A stretch of DNA of 64,000 nt from Eledone cirrhosa (Eukaryota). Both the position numbers and the translations under genes were made by a program. The DNA lies in NCBI GenBank assembly GCA_964016885.1, contig OZ024740.1, positions 399,962,001-400,026,000 on the forward strand. The letters are read 5' to 3'. The notes beneath the pieces were generated by a model. The model searched no databases and was not told the DNA's origin. It was given only the letters and a program-made list of their open reading frames with translations. This document shows, piece by piece, positions 43,230 to 57,794 of this stretch. Positions within the stretch are counted from its first letter, which is position 1. Every line of letters begins with the position of its first letter.

Positions 43230-44171
43230 TTATTGATGTAATTTTAAGATTGTCAATATTGTTGAAATTATTCTTGTTGCTGCCAATGTAATTTGTTGCT
43301 GTTGTTGTTCTCACTACTACTGCTGTCTTTGTCTTCGTTGTTTTTGCCATTGCCATTACTATCATATATAGGGATGTTGCTATTATAGGTGAAGCTTATT
43401 ACGTTGCAGTTGTTTCTTTATTCCCAGGTCAATTCTGATCAAGCATACTTATGGTCACGACATTCCAACTGTGAATCTCAAATCTATCGTCTTTTTTTCG
43501 GACAGTGTACCTTGGATTACATTATTCAATGTATGCTTCTAAGTTTTATTTTATTCTATTTGAAACAGTAGGATGTCAATTGAGAGAGGTTTTGGCTGCT
43601 ATTTCTAGCTCGTTAAGTGACTGCCTGAAGGCAACCTCTGGTTGCTGGTGATGTTGTCGCTGCTGTATTTACCGTCTCCGCCGTACCGTTGTTTTTATTA
43701 TTTCTATTGTTGTTGTTTCTATTGTTCTTGTTGCTGTTCTTGTACTGTCAGAGTTTTCTAGTTAATATTTACGGTCGTTTCTGCTAGGTCGCTTCTTCCG
43801 GTGATTAATTACAGACAGATTTCATTGCTGTTATTGAGAGGTGCGAAAACTGAGCATCTTTTATAGATTCCAATCTTGCCACGGCGAAGAGGCATCACAT
43901 CTGACAGGTAACAGCTGCTTGGTTTTAATTTGAAACCCTTCTCTGCTCTTCCACATTTCCTGTAGCCCCCCCCTCTATATCTCTCTCTCTCTCTCTCTCT
44001 CTCTATCTACCCCCCTCTCTCTCTCGATAATTCTGTCTCTCCCCGTTTCGCCATAATTCTTCCTTTATTTCCCGGGCTCTCTTTATTTCTTCTTCTTTTA
44101 TATATCTTTTATTTCTCTCCTCCTCCCCCCTCTCTTTATTTATCATTCTCTTATTATTTCTGACACAGACT

Positions 44172-44230
<59 letters not shown>

Positions 44231-45820
44231 ACACACACAAATCTCTTTTCCCTCTCTATCTCAAATCTTCGTCCCTCTCCCTCTTTATCTAGCTCCCTCT
44301 TCCTCAACATTTACTCTTATATATTTTCTTACTTCACACATTTCCCCCGACATCCCTTCATTTTTTATTCATTAATTCTTCCTTTCTTTCCTCACCTCTC
44401 ACCTCCTATCTATTTATATGTAATTACTAACTATCACTCTCTCCCCCTATCTATTTATATATAATATCTATCTATCAATCCAGCTATCTCTGTCTTCTTA
44501 TCTATCCACCCCAATAACTTTTTCCTATCAGTGTCCTTTCAATTAATCCATTTATTCCAACTCAGGCCATTCGTCTAATGACCTACCAAACTATGAGTCT
44601 ATTCAACAAACAATATTTCTTTCTCTTGTTCCGTTTCCTTCTTCATCCATCCATATAGGCTACCGTCTACAGCAACAACACCACAAAAAACACAACAACA
44701 ACAATAACAACACCTTAATTTTATCAATCACAGAAAGATGAAATGAAAAGTTGACATCAGATGGAATTGAAATCAAAATGAAAAGAGTATTAACACATAT
44801 CACCAGTCATTTTATCGATATCTAAACGATTCGGCTTTACACTGAATGAGGGAAATCGGAAATCCGAGAACAATGGTGATGATCTGTGTCAGCAATATTT
44901 AGTACATAGAAGAGTTTGATAAAAGCACTTAGGGATCTTGTCTTTCCTCTCAGATTCAGGAAGTGGTGGTGGCGATAAAGTTAGGGTAAATAAAGTCGCG
45001 AAGAAATTAAGTGATTAAGAACATCATTATTATCATTAATAATGATAAAATAAAGTACCAGTAATGCACTGGGATAATTGCTGGCCTTGTGCCAAAAGTA
45101 AAAACAATTATTAATGAGGGTCTGTATAGTAAATATGATACTTAGTGTAACTTCAACTGTTTGTTGAATCTCAACGAGGACCTTAGACAGACATGTTTCT
45201 GAATATAGGTGCAGTGTCTAACGGGGTAGTCTTTTGTATGAGGGAAATTTGTGATTTCAGCTATATTTGCTCAATATACCCTTTCAGCTTTAGTGGTAGC
45301 AAACCCAAAGCTCCGAAGAATTATTTTGATTGCATTCGTGCAAAATCTCAAGCACTTCACACACACACACACACAACAGAAAAAGCGGTCACCTCATACA
45401 TAACAAACACAGACACAGCCACAACAACAATAACATCATCACTACCAGCACAACAACCCAAACGAAAACTCGCACAACCTGAACAACCAATAACACAGAC
45501 ACCAAACTTTGTGATAATAATAAAGGCCAACCCAGAACTCATGGCATTAGGAGAGTGAGGGAGATTTTTGCCACCAGTACATTCAAAGTGCTACACTCAC
45601 TGATATTGGTGCGAATGGCACCACAAACATATACAGACATTACAGAGCGCTTCCCGCAAGACGTGGGAACACCAAATGTAAAAACGACGAGCAGGATTTT
45701 AAAGGGGTTCCCAAAGGAACACACACCAGACATGGAGATCGAACCACCCGATCTCCAACAGAGCTCGGAGTATTAGTAGCGTCCCACCCCTATGTTTTTC
45801 TCTTTTGATCAATCAGCAAA

Positions 45821-47326
45821 CATGGTGATTATAAGAGTAGGTTGTCTAAATATTCGTGGCCTGGGGTCGTCCTGAAAGCAGGGTGTCTTTCTGAACGACC
45901 TCAGATCACTAGATATGGATGTGACTGCCATCAGTGAGACCAGGATTTCTTCACATCTCTTAGTCGGCCGAGAATGTGAGGTGGGGTGGAAGTGCAGTTT
46001 AGGAATGGTCTGGACCTGGACGGTAACTTGGTGGTATTGGACATAAACAATATCACATGTGGTGCATTTAGACTGGTGCCGGTTTACGCCTCGACCGGGG
46101 TTGGATGACCGCATTTCTTTAGGCGCATAGAAGCCGTTCTGGAAACGTTTCACCATTTACTGTTAGCGGGGAACTGGAACGGATTCTTAGACGCAGGCTG
46201 AGATTGTGTGAAAGTAGCTGATAGGAGCGGGGTTTCAAATGCCTCAAGTACCTTATCAGCCAGTTCCAACTGTCTGACAGGTCCCAACTAGATTTCGCTA
46301 ATGAGCCATCCATATATAGAATCTATATGACCGCATAGGGTCATATATATTCTATATATGGATAGGTCTTTCATTATATCAGTAGATAAGGATAGTATAG
46401 GCTGTCCACATTTCCAAAAGGTCTCCTATCCAGATCACAAAGGTGTGATCTGCATGGTCGACCTAGATAGAACATAGATGTTTGGACCTGGTTACTGGAA
46501 TCTTAAGTCATTTCCGACAGGTAAAGCCTACAGGGACGGAGTCACCACTTTAGTTAAGTGTAGGTCGATAGGGGAGGGGCGTCAACAGCATATAGTGGGG
46601 TGCTCTCAAAAGAGAGATTAGTGTAGTTTAAATAGGAATAGGTTTTAGTAAAAAAGTAGCGTTAGAAAAAATAAAAACGGCGAGGAGCTGGTAGCTAAAT
46701 TAGATGAGGGGATTGGAAGTGGCATTGTAGCTGACGTGCTAGAGGTGAGAATGGTATTAGGCTATTTTTTAAATGTGAAACATGAAGTTTGCATTGTCAG
46801 AGCTAAGGCGCGTGCTCTAAGAAACAAGAGAATAAAAGCTGCTCGATGGGCCCGAGTGGCCGAGGCGCAGCGTGGTAACAAACTACGATTCGGTCTTTGT
46901 TGGACCGAGACAAATGTGTGCTGAACGATTCCAGGCAGGCGTGTGCAGCCTTTCGCCAGCACTTTGCTCGACTATTAGGAGAATACGGAGGGGTACTTCA
47001 GTTCCTACTTCGACGGCTTCCCGCGACTCTCGACAGCCGATGCTGAGTGCTGTGAAAGGATGATAACAGTAGCCGAGAGCCAGGATTCTCTGGTCGGTTG
47101 CACGAAGCGCGAGTCACCCGTTTTGGCTAGTTTGCCCTACGAGTTTTACGTAGATATGCCAAAGTTGTTCTTCGGGATCCTCGAAGCGGTCTGCTGCAAC
47201 TGGCAGCAGAATGGGAGTATTCCTAGTTTTGTGAGTCGCGGTGTAGTAACGCTGATGAGGAAAAAATTAGAACAAGAGGGATACGTTAGACAATTTCAGG
47301 CCCATAACTCTGCTAAACACAGAGTT
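45821..47326 (+). mobile_element. Decayed L1/Tx1 ORF2, N-terminal half (APE endonuclease to RT domain 1)
   Basis: MVIIRVGCLNIRGL..ISETR; LLLAGNWN; PDHK; GPGYW; ESP.L..LPYEFY; GVVTL..K..NFRPITLLNTE. Upstream 45400-45800 may be an ORF1 remnant. Confidence 0.88.
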
Positions 47327-48369
47327 TAATTTGTTCTTATTCTTTGCGTTCTGAGTTCAAATTCCGTATCTTGACCTGCCCACATTTAGTCAGACTTGAA
47401 AAGTATCTCTAAAACCAGCATACAGGTTTTCGCTTTATCCTACAGTAGATCGAAAATTGCTTGTTCGGAAATGAAGAATGATTTGACTAACGTATCTAAA
47501 TGTTGCTCTGTAGCATCTAAATGTTGCACAAAATCACATTTTATATTTACTGTATTTGGGAAACTAAAAGGAATAACATCAGCTGTCAAGTTAAGCCCGT
47601 CCTGTGAGGAGCGACCACCAATTAGACTGTCTAAGTCAGAAGTCATTTAGTGTAGAAAAAAGATATTAAATAACATAACCCTAAATGGGGGGAGGGGTAA
47701 AAAGTTATATGACTATGTTTTGTCAGACATGCAAGAGTTTTAAAAGGTGTCTGGTATGTTCCATTATGTAGTGAGAATGGATGTGGGGGAGGATGGCACT
47801 CATGTGGGTATATGATAAATATGACAATTGAACGAGGAGGTTGCATGTTCAATCCTGAGCAAAATATGTGTCCAGAAAATGTTTTGAATTCAGCACATCA
47901 CAGTAACATTCTGAGAAATATATGAAGTCTTAACTTATTAATGATTTTGTGACAAGGCATTACCTAGTTGACGGGCAAACTAGGGAGAATCTACGTCTTG
48001 TTAAAATATCAACTAAATTTCTCTTAACCCACACCTTACTGTCTTAAAATACTTAATTGGGTTAAATGCGTAGTTCGTCACCTGGGTTAACACCACCATC
48101 TAACCTTTTGGTCCTCGACTTGAAATTTCTACCGAAGAGGACGTCCAGAGCAGCTCTCAAGCCATCGTCATGCATAATCTTCACAACCCTCTATAAAATA
48201 CAAGCGCTTTCCAGCTTTCCACTCGAGGATCACTTTGTCCAGTTGGTAAAGTGCCAAAAATAATGGTTTCTAATTTAGGCACAAGGTCAGTAATTTCGGG
48301 GGGGGGGGGGGGGTGATATGTATAAACGACGAAAATCATATCATATTTCATAAGCAGTTTCAAGTTTTA

Positions 48370-48860
48370 AGTCAGCCTAGAAATAATGGTTATTTTTTTA
48401 TATAGGCACAAAGCCAGCAATTTAGGGGGAGGGGAAAGTCGATTAAATCGACCCCTGTGCATTACTGGTACTTTATTTTATCGACTCCGTAAGGATGAAA
48501 AGCAAAGTTAATCTCGGCGCGATTTGAACTCAGATCATAAAGGGCCGTAACTCTATGTTGCAAAGCATGGCGCCCGACCCTCTACCGATACTTCCAATCC
48601 ACCACTCTAGTCAGCCTAGAAATAATGATTTTTACTTTAGGCACAAGGCCAGTAATTTGTAGGGGGGGGGAGTCGATTAAATCGACCCCAGTGCGTGACT
48701 GGTACTTTATTTTATCAACCCCGTAAGGATGAAAGGCAAAGTTAACCTCGGCGGGATTTGAACTCAGACCGTAGAGGGCCGTAACTCTGTGCTGCAAGGC
48801 ATGGCGTCCGACCCTCTACCGATACTGCCAATCCACCGCTCTAGTCAGCCTAGAAATAAT
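48370..48860 (-). mobile_element. Two tandem SINEs (long variant) bracketed by three copies of agtcagcctagaaataat
   Basis: 18-mer at about 48370, 48610 and 48843; SINEs at 48388-48606 and 48628-48840. Confidence 0.9.
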
Positions 48861-50727
48861 AGAAACCAAAAGAAAGCAAAAGGAGAATTTGATGATGAAG
48901 AGTGAGAGAAATTCTAAGATACGGTTTTTATTGTACAAAAAGAAAGATGACATGGCAAAAGAGCGGAGAATGTATATTGCACTTCTAGTCCCTGGGCGAT
49001 ACTAATTCCTTTTACTTGTACTGGTGATTTTTAAAAGAAATACATGCATGCCTCACCATATCATTCTACTCAGCTGCTTTAAACTACATAACCATGGCTT
49101 CTAACACATTGAAACAAGGTGGCCACAAATTCTACTATATGCCTGTAGTGTCCAAACTCATTTTGTCACGGAATCTTTACATGATGCTTCAAAAATTGCA
49201 AAGCCCTTATTATATATTGTGGTCAATTTCCACCATCCTCATTCAAATAAGGCAGTTAATGAAATAGAACCCATCTGAGAAACACTGCTATATACTGTAA
49301 GCCATTCTGTGTTCTGAATACAAATCCTGTCGATTATATCTTTACAAAATCGATCATATATGAGCTAATAATATTCTGAGGTCGATTTAATCAATATATG
49401 CCTCTCTTGAGAAAATAGACCTTATGCCTGGTTAACAGAAATCAGTATGAGAGAAGAAAAGATAGGAAAAATACAGCAAAAAGAGAGGGGGTGGTGTAGA
49501 AAACAAATGAAAATATAATAAAACAGGAAAATGTGAAGAACGTATGAAGATAATAATTCAGATCGAACCGAATGTAATTAAAAAGAAAAATACTTTTGAA
49601 AAACAAACTAAAGCAAAAGAAAAGTGCGTATTTTTTCCCTTTAATCTAATGACTTTCTGATGTCTGTTAGAATATTAGATAACACGAATACAACAAATAT
49701 CTCCTCTCTTCCATGGTGTTTAGTGGTAGTGTATGTGTGGATAGTAGAAACAGTGAAAACAATAGAGTGATTGAGGAAAGTGTGAAGAGAGAGGGAAAGA
49801 GAAAGAAAGACTGAGAGAAGGAGAAAGAGGTAGAGAGGGAGAAAGGGTGAGGAAGAGAAAAGTAGAAAGAAAACGTGAGAGACAGATTGGGAGAGAGAGA
49901 GAGGGGAGAGAGAGAGAGAGAGAGAAATGAGGGAGCGTGTAGAGCGAGGAATAGGGGGAGTTAGTGATGGTGAAGATGGAACCGTGTCTGATTAGTGATG
50001 TACAGGTCAGTCGATTTTCTTAATCTGCTACAGAAAAGCTAAGAAACGTTGCACGTGCTGATGACGTGTTAACAAGAAATCAGTAAGGGGGGGGGGGGTA
50101 GGGTAATGGTGAAGAGGAGAAGAGAGGAAGGGCGGCTGGTGTGAAGTGTAGATGTTGAATTAAAGAGTGGAGGGGTGGAATTAGAATAAAAGATAATGTT
50201 TTTTGTTTTTGACAAATGAAAAAGTCGATGTGTTATTATTTGCCAGTAAAGAAGTGTAGTATAATAGAAATGACGTCAATGTAATAAACCATTTTAATTG
50301 TAAACAGTATTTCTTAATTCTGCTTTCTTTTTACTTTTAAATATAATTACTTTTCGTGATGCGTGTCGGTGGAAATTGTTCGAATTGTAATCTACTCCTG
50401 GATCAATAAATAGCCTCTTGCTCTTACACTATTTACAAATTCCTGGTCTAACAACTTCTGATTAAATTATATTTTGAACTCTCGTACTAAATGTAACTAA
50501 TATTGTTTCACAGCCGCAAGATTTCCATTTTGGAATCCAGAAAATACAGCTATTCTAAATAGTAGAAACAATTTACACAGCGCAGTTGTGTTGGACTTCC
50601 GATGTGAGTTCCAGTTGCTTAACTAAAGGAACAGCCTATTCATGAAATAAACGTGAAAGTCCATGAGAACTTTTAACGTGGCTCTCAAGAAGATTCAGTG
50701 TGAGACAGTGTGATCTTTGAATTACAG

Positions 50728-50858
50728 ACAACTCATTTTTGCTGAGTGGACTGGAGTAACGTAAAATATAGTGTCTTGCCCAAAGATAAAACTCACCCCC
50801 AGGAATCCATCTCATGATCTTACAATTATGGGCTGAACACCCCAACTACCAAGTCACG
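50728..50858 (-). mobile_element. Second tRNA-derived SINE family, diverged
   Basis: Minus strand: tRNA-like head, then ttgggcaagacact..ctccagtccactcagc.aaaaatgagt. Confidence 0.6.
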
Positions 50859-52069
50859 TACCTTCACTTACAAAACGCAGGTAATACACTAGGGATTCTC
50901 CTACATGAGAGATGACGGTATGCATTAACAAAAAATATTCATTTGGATCAAAATTGTTTATCCAATGCCTTCTTCACTCTATACATCCGCCACAGTACAC
51001 TGTACACAAAATATTATTCGAGATAAAAAACACAGGAAATCTAAAAAAGCTGACAATAAATTGAAATAACTTCTATGAATAGGTTCTCGTATAACAACTA
51101 TCGCTTAGTTAGGGGTGGTATCTCCCATTGTGGGTATCATTGTTTTACATGCACTAAAAAAATTCGATTTAATTGAGACAAGAAATTCTCAACAATTTCT
51201 TGAACGAATGGTATATTTTCAAACTCTTATTTCTTCTATCAGTAGAACAACACTTTCTATATCTTACATCCTACCAACAATCTCTGATTAAATTCCTGAT
51301 AATTTATCCCATTAAACAGAATCAATGTGGCATCACAAACACTAGAATCAAGAAAATACAGCAACCTTGAAATCATACTAACTCTTTAGAAAGTGCAAAT
51401 AATGCTCTACATTAAAGATACTCCCACCTTTCCATTTTCTATACCAACACCATCTTTATAAATCATTTGACCAACAATTCTACATCAGAACTGTATTCTT
51501 TTAAAACTTCGCCACAGTCAACATTTCTCTCCCAGCCCACATTCAGCAACAAAACTACAATTCAAATTGAGCATTAGCCAAACCGATATTGCCCAACGCT
51601 CCTACAGATGAAACCAGATAACTTGTCGTAACCTCCCTGCTTTTACGATGACTTCTCCTGGCAATAAATGCTTTCATTTCTTCCAATTTGAATAATTTGA
51701 AATAACTAAACAAGTGATGGAAAACTTCCTTTCACAAGCAAAGCGCACGGTATTTAAACCCTCAAACAGTTTATCTACATTTGGGCTGTAGCAGGACAGA
51801 AAAATGAAAGTACCTAAACAACTTGGAGAAAATCACCCTCTTCAATCAACTAGGTAATATTTACCCATCATCGTGAAGCCTGAAACATTACCATAAACAA
51901 AGCAAAAGATGTTTTATTCCACAGCTGCCAATCATTCAAAAATGCTAATCTCAAACTGTCTAATTCTTTGTTAAGAGGTTCTTTGCTAATGTTGCAATAG
52001 CTTTCTAAGTCACACTCTGAATAAAAAAGACCCCACATTTGCTACAACGTTGCTCATTATTCGCTCTTT

Positions 52070-52258
52070 GGGTGGTGGATTGGCAGTATCGGTAGAGGGT
52101 CGGACACCATGCTTTGACGCTTAGAGTTACAGCCCTTGCCATTCTGAGTTCAAATCCCGCCGAGGTTAACTTTGCCTTTCATCCTTACGGGGTCGATAAA
52201 ATAAAGTACCAGTAATGTACTGAGTAATTGCTGGCCTTGTGCCAAAAGTAGAAACAAT
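52070..52258 (+). mobile_element. SINE (short variant), near full length
   Basis: Family core sequence. Confidence 0.88.
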
Positions 52259-52289
52259 TATTTCTCTTTGTATGTTCCCAAAAAACTCA

Positions 52290-52739
52290 CTCAGACAATT
52301 CTAGAGACAGGTTGTGTGTGGTGATCGTCGGCTGGCTGTTCGACTGATCGCAAGTGAGTTAGGCATGAACCGCGACAGTGTTTGGAAGATTATCACCGAA
52401 GATTTGGGTTTGCCGATGATCTGCGCGAAGATAGAGCCGAAACTGCTGAACGATGGCCAGAAGTAGCGGCACCTCGAGGTGTGTCAGGACATCCTCGAGC
52501 GACTTGAAACCGATCCGTTTTCCGGACGTGAAAACCATCAACAGGGCCGTGACGACGGCGCTGCGGAGAATCCCGGGAGAATCCTTCCAGGAGTGCATGG
52601 AGACGTGGCAAAGAAGTATAGGAAAGTGAGTTGGACTCGAGGGGGATTATTTTGAAGGGGAAAACTTGTAGTTTGTATTTTGGATTTGAAATAGCTTTTT
52701 AGCGACCTCAGTCCTGTTTCTTTTCTGACACACCTCGTA
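52290..52739 (+). mobile_element. Internally deleted mariner with right TIR
   Basis: DRRLAVRLIASELG..VWKIITEDLG..CAK..PK.L, then a jump to FQECM..W...GDYFEG; ends in ctgacacacctcg-ta. Confidence 0.85.
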
Positions 52740-53061
52740 TATACATAGACATATACATACACACTCACACACACATACATACGCATACATATATCTGATA
52801 TGTATATACACGTGTGTGAATGTATGTATATAATAAGCTGCCATATGAGCTCAATTCATACACATCAAGTGTGAGGATTAACATATTTGAAATAGCTTTT
52901 TTGCGACCTCAGTCCTGTTTCTTTTCTGACACACCTCGTATATACCGAGACACACACATACATATATCTGATATGTATATATATATATATATATAGGTGT
53001 GTGAATGTATGTATATAATAAGCTGCCATATGAGCTCAATTCATACACATCAAGTGTGAGG
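52686..53061. repeat. Tandem duplication of about 190-200 bp covering the mariner TIR and its flank
   Basis: ttgaaatagctttt...cacctcgtatatac...catcaagtgtgagg occurs twice. Confidence 0.9.
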
Positions 53062-53663
53062 CTTAAGCCACTTTGTTCTCAATATTGTTGTTGTCCTTTT
53101 CCTCCATTTTCGCTATTTAATTACACCATTGTAACAAACGTACAGTGGCCAGATATTGTAGCATAAACGTAAAACAAGATTCCACTACAATGGCAGTGTA
53201 TCTTAGAAATCAACAACAACAAAAACAACAACGACAAATACAACAAGATTTTTTGTCAATATGGTTGGCATTACAAGATTTGGTTTTATCGTAGCATTGC
53301 TGAATAAGAAATCTTTGAATAACTATCATCGATGCTGGCAAAATAGATCAATGTTATTGGATAGGATCAATGTACGAATACAACTCTTTCTTCTATTTTA
53401 TTCCCTGAAGGCAAAGTTCTAAGACCCGGTTAATAGTTTTTCCTCTCTAGAAATAGATTGACATTCTTATGGGTATTAATGTATTATATTGGATATTAAA
53501 TAAAAGTGTGTTTTTGTTCATGAAGAGCGACGAAAGGTTTAGCCGTCGGCTTGCTGATTAGTTTTATAGTAGAGAAAGAGGTTATGTTTGTACAGTGGTT
53601 ACCGAATATAATTCTCAGTAACAGGAATTTCTATTCTGAATACATTGAACAAACGACACACAC

Positions 53664-53696
<33 letters not shown>

Positions 53697-53924
53697 TACA
53701 CACACACATACACACACTCATACACACACACATACACATACACACATACACACAGACATACACAGGCACTCACACACACTCATACACACACATACACACA
53801 CACACACACATATAGTCACACACACACATACACACACTCACAAACTCACACAGACACATGAACACACACACACGAACACACACTCATCCACACGCACATA
53901 CACCAATATTCCTCTCCAACCATC

Positions 53925-56900
53925 CCACAGTCTCCCCCAGTCTCCCCCAGTCTCCCACAGTCTCCCCCAGTCTCCCCCAGTCTCCCACAGTCTCCCACAG
54001 TCTCCCCCAATCTCCCCCAGTCTCCCACAGTCTCCCACAGTCTCTCCCAGTCTCCCCCACTATCCCACAGTCTCCCCCAGTCTCCCCCAGTCACCCACAG
54101 TCTCCCCAAGTCTCCCATAGTCTCCCACAGTCTCCCACAGTCACTCACTATCCCCAGTCTCCCCCAGTCTCCCCCAGTCTCCCCCAGTCTCCCCCAGTCT
54201 CCCACAGTCTCCCACAGTCTCCCCCAGTCTCCCACAGTCTCTCACAGTCTCCCCCAGTCTCCCACAGTCTCCCCAAGTCTCCCCCAGTCTCCCACAGTCT
54301 CACACAGTCTCCCACAGTCTCCCCCAGTCTCCCACAGTCTCCCACAGTCTCCCCCAGTCTCCCGCAGTCTCCCGCAGTCTTCCACAGTCTCTCACAGTCT
54401 CCCCCAGTCTCCCCCAGTCTCCCACAGTCTCCCCCAGTCTCCCACAGTCTCCCCTAGTCTCCCACAGTCTCCCCCAGTCTCCCCCAGTCTCCCCCAGTCT
54501 CCCCCAGTCTCCCATAGTCTCGCCTAGTCTCCCCCAATCTCCCCCAGTCTCCCCCAGTCTCCCGCAGTCTCCCCCAGTCTTCCACAGTCTCCCACAGTCT
54601 CCCACAGTCACTCACTATCCCCAGTTACCCACAGTCTCCCCCAGTCTCCCCAACTATCCCACAGTCTCCCCCAGTCTCTCCCAGTCTCCCCCAGTCTCCC
54701 CCAGTCTCCCACAGTCTCCCCCAGTCTCCACCAGTCTCCCCCAGTCTCCCAGAGTCACTCACTATCCCCAGTCACCCACAGGCTCCCACTATCCCACAGT
54801 CTCCCCCAGTCACCCACAGTCTCCCCCAGTCTCCCCCAGTCTCCCCCAGTCTCCCTCAGTCTCCCACAGCCACTCACTACCCCAGTCACCCACAGGCTCC
54901 CACTATCCCACAGACTCCCCCCGTCTCCCCCAGTCACCCCCAGTCTCCTCCAGTCTCCCACAGTCTCTCACAGTCTCCCCCAGTCTCCCCCAGTCTCCCA
55001 CAGTCTCCCACAGTCTTCCCCAGTCTCCCACAGTCTCTCACAGTCTCCATCAGTCTCCCACAGTCTCCCACAGTCTCCCCTAGTCTCCCACAGTCTCTCA
55101 CAGTCTCCCCTAGTCTCCCACAGTCTCTCACAGTCTCCCACAGTCACTCACTATCCCCAGTCACACACAGGCTCCCACTATCCCACAGTCTCCACCAGTC
55201 TCCCACAGTCTCCCACAGTCCCCCACAGTCTCCCACTATTCCACAGTCTCCCCCAGTCTCCCCCAGTCTCCCACAATCCCACAGTGCCCCACAGTCTCCC
55301 ACTATCCCACAGTCCCCTACAGTCTCCCACTATCCCACAGTCCCCCACAGTACCCCACTATCCCACAGTCCACCACAGTGCCCCACAGTCCCCCACAGTC
55401 TCCCACTATCCCACAGTCCCCTACAGTCTCCCACTACCCCACAGTCCCCCAAACTCTCCCACTATCCCACAGTCTCCCACAGTCTCCCACTATCCCACAG
55501 TCTCCCCCGTCTCCCACTATGCCACAGTCTCCCACAGTGCCCCACAGTCCCCCACAGTCTCCCACTATCCCACAGTCCCACACAATCCCCCACAGTCTCC
55601 CATAATCCCACAGTCACCCACAGTCTCCCACTATCCCACATTCCCCCACAGTCCCCCACAGTCCACCACAGCTCCACAGTCCCCCACTGTCTCCCACTAT
55701 TCCACAGTCCCCCACATTATCCCACTATCCCACAGTCTCCCACTATCCCACAGTCCCCCACGGTGCCCCACACTCCCCCACAGTCTCTCACTATCCCACA
55801 GTCCCCTACAGTCTCCCACTATCCCACAGTCCCCCACAGTCTCCCACTATCCCACAGTCCCCTACAGTCTCCCACTATCCCACAGTCCCCCACAGTCTCC
55901 CACTATACCACAGTCCCCTACAGTCTCCCACTATCCCACAGTCCCCCACAGTCTCCCACTATCCCACAGTCCCCTACAGTCTCCCACTATCCCACAGTCC
56001 CCCACAGTCTCCCACTATCCCACAGTACCCCACTATCCTACAGTCCCCCACAGTGCCCCACAGTCCCCCACAGTCTCCCACTATCCCACAGTCCCCCACA
56101 GTCTCCCACTATCCCACAGTCCCCCACAGTCTCCCACTATCCCACAGTCCCCCACAGTCTCCCACTATCCCACAGTCCCCCACAGTCTTCCACTATCCCA
56201 CAGTCTCCCACAGTCCCCCACAGTGCCCCCACAATCCCACACAGTCTGCCACTATCCCACAGTCCCCCACAGTCTCCCACTATCCCACAGTCCCCCACAG
56301 TCTCCCACTATCCCACAGTCTCCCACAGTCTCCCACTATCCCACAGTCACCCACAGTCTCCCACTATCCCACAGTCTTCCACTATCCCACAGTACCCCAC
56401 TATCCCACAGTCTCCCACAGTCCCCCACACTGCCCCACAGTCCTCCACAGTCTCCCCCGTCCCCCACAGTCCCACAGTCTTCCACAGTACCCCACAGTGC
56501 CCCACAGTCTCCCACTATCCCACAGTCCCCCACAGTATCCCACTATCCCACAGTCCCCCACAGTCTCCCACTATCCCACAGTCCCCCACAGTCTTCCACT
56601 ATCCCACAGTACCCCACTATCCCACAGTCTCCCACAGTCCCCTACAGTGCCCCCCAGTCCTCCACAGTCTCCCCCGTCCCCCACAGTCCCACAGTCTTCC
56701 ACAGTACCCCACAGTGCCCCACAGTCTCCCACTATCCCACAGTCCCCCACAGTCTCCCACTATCCCACAGTCCCCCACAGTCCCCCACTATCCCACAGTC
56801 CCCCACAGTCTCCCACTATCCCACATTCCCCCACAGTCTCCCCCAGTCTCCCACAGTCCCCCACAATCCCCCACTATCCCACAGTTCCCCACAATCTCCC

Positions 56901-57195
56901 ACTATCCCACAGTCCCCACAGTCTCCCACTATCCCACAGTCCCCCACAAACTACCACTATCCCACAGTCCCCCACAGTCTCCCCCAGTCTCCCACAGTCT
57001 CCCACAGTCCCCCACTATCCCACAGTCCCCCACTGTCTCCCAATATCCCACAGTCCCCCACAGTCTCCCCCTGTCTCCCACTATCCCACAGTGCCCCACA
57101 TTCTCCCACTATCCCACAGTCCCCTACAGTCTCCCCCTCTCTCCCACTATCCCACAGTGCCCCACAGTCTCCCACTATCCCACAGTCTCCCACAC
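53925..57195. repeat. 3.3-kb C-rich minisatellite: 10-bp unit (cagtctccc[c/a]) grading into a 29-bp unit (cagtctcccactatcccacagtcccccac)
   Basis: Direct periodicity; source of the spurious S/P/Q/H-rich ORFs. Confidence 0.95.
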
Positions 57196-57283
57196 ATCTC
57201 TACCTTTCATCAATGTTTCAATCAACTTCAGCAAAACCTTAGTCAAGAATTATGTGGATCCAAAGTATCTTGTATTCTAGTGG

Positions 57284-57344
57284 CTGCTGCTGCTGATGTT
57301 GTTGTTGTTGTTGTTATAGTTGTTGTTGTTGTTGTTGTTGTTGC

Positions 57345-57393
<49 letters not shown>

Positions 57394-57793
57394 GGTGCTG
57401 TTGTTGTTCTTGTTGCTGTTTTTGCAGTTGTTGTTGTTGTTGTTGTTGCTGTTGTTGTATTTGCTGTTGCTGTTTTTGTTGTTGTGGTTGGTGTTGTTGT
57501 ATTTATTGTTGTTGTTGCTGTTTTTGTTGTTGTTGTTGGTGTTGTTGTTATCAATATGAAGCTCCTAAAGGCAATTATGAATACATAGTCAGCCAAAGGA
57601 ATTTGCTTCTCATGGATAGAGTAGTTGCTATTGACTTGTTATTGTTGTTGTTATTGCTGCTGTTGTTGTTGTTGTTGTTGTTGTTATTGCTGCTGCTGCT
57701 GTTGTTGTTGTTATTGCTGCTGCTGTTGTTATTGTTGTTGTTTTTGTTGTTGTTTTTGTTTTTGTTGTTGTTGTTGTTCTTCTTCTTCTTCTT
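57284..57793. repeat. (GTT/GCT)n trinucleotide tracts ending in (TTC)n
   Basis: Directly visible. Confidence 0.95.
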
Positions 57794-57794
57794 C

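Noticed and set aside
48370-48860. Repeat-spacer-repeat pattern suggestive of CRISPR
   Set aside because: The spacers are SINEs of about 220 bp, the context is eukaryotic, and there are no cas genes.
55284-57588. 500-650-aa S/P/H/T-rich ORFs
   Set aside because: Open in all three frames because the minisatellite lacks stop codons.
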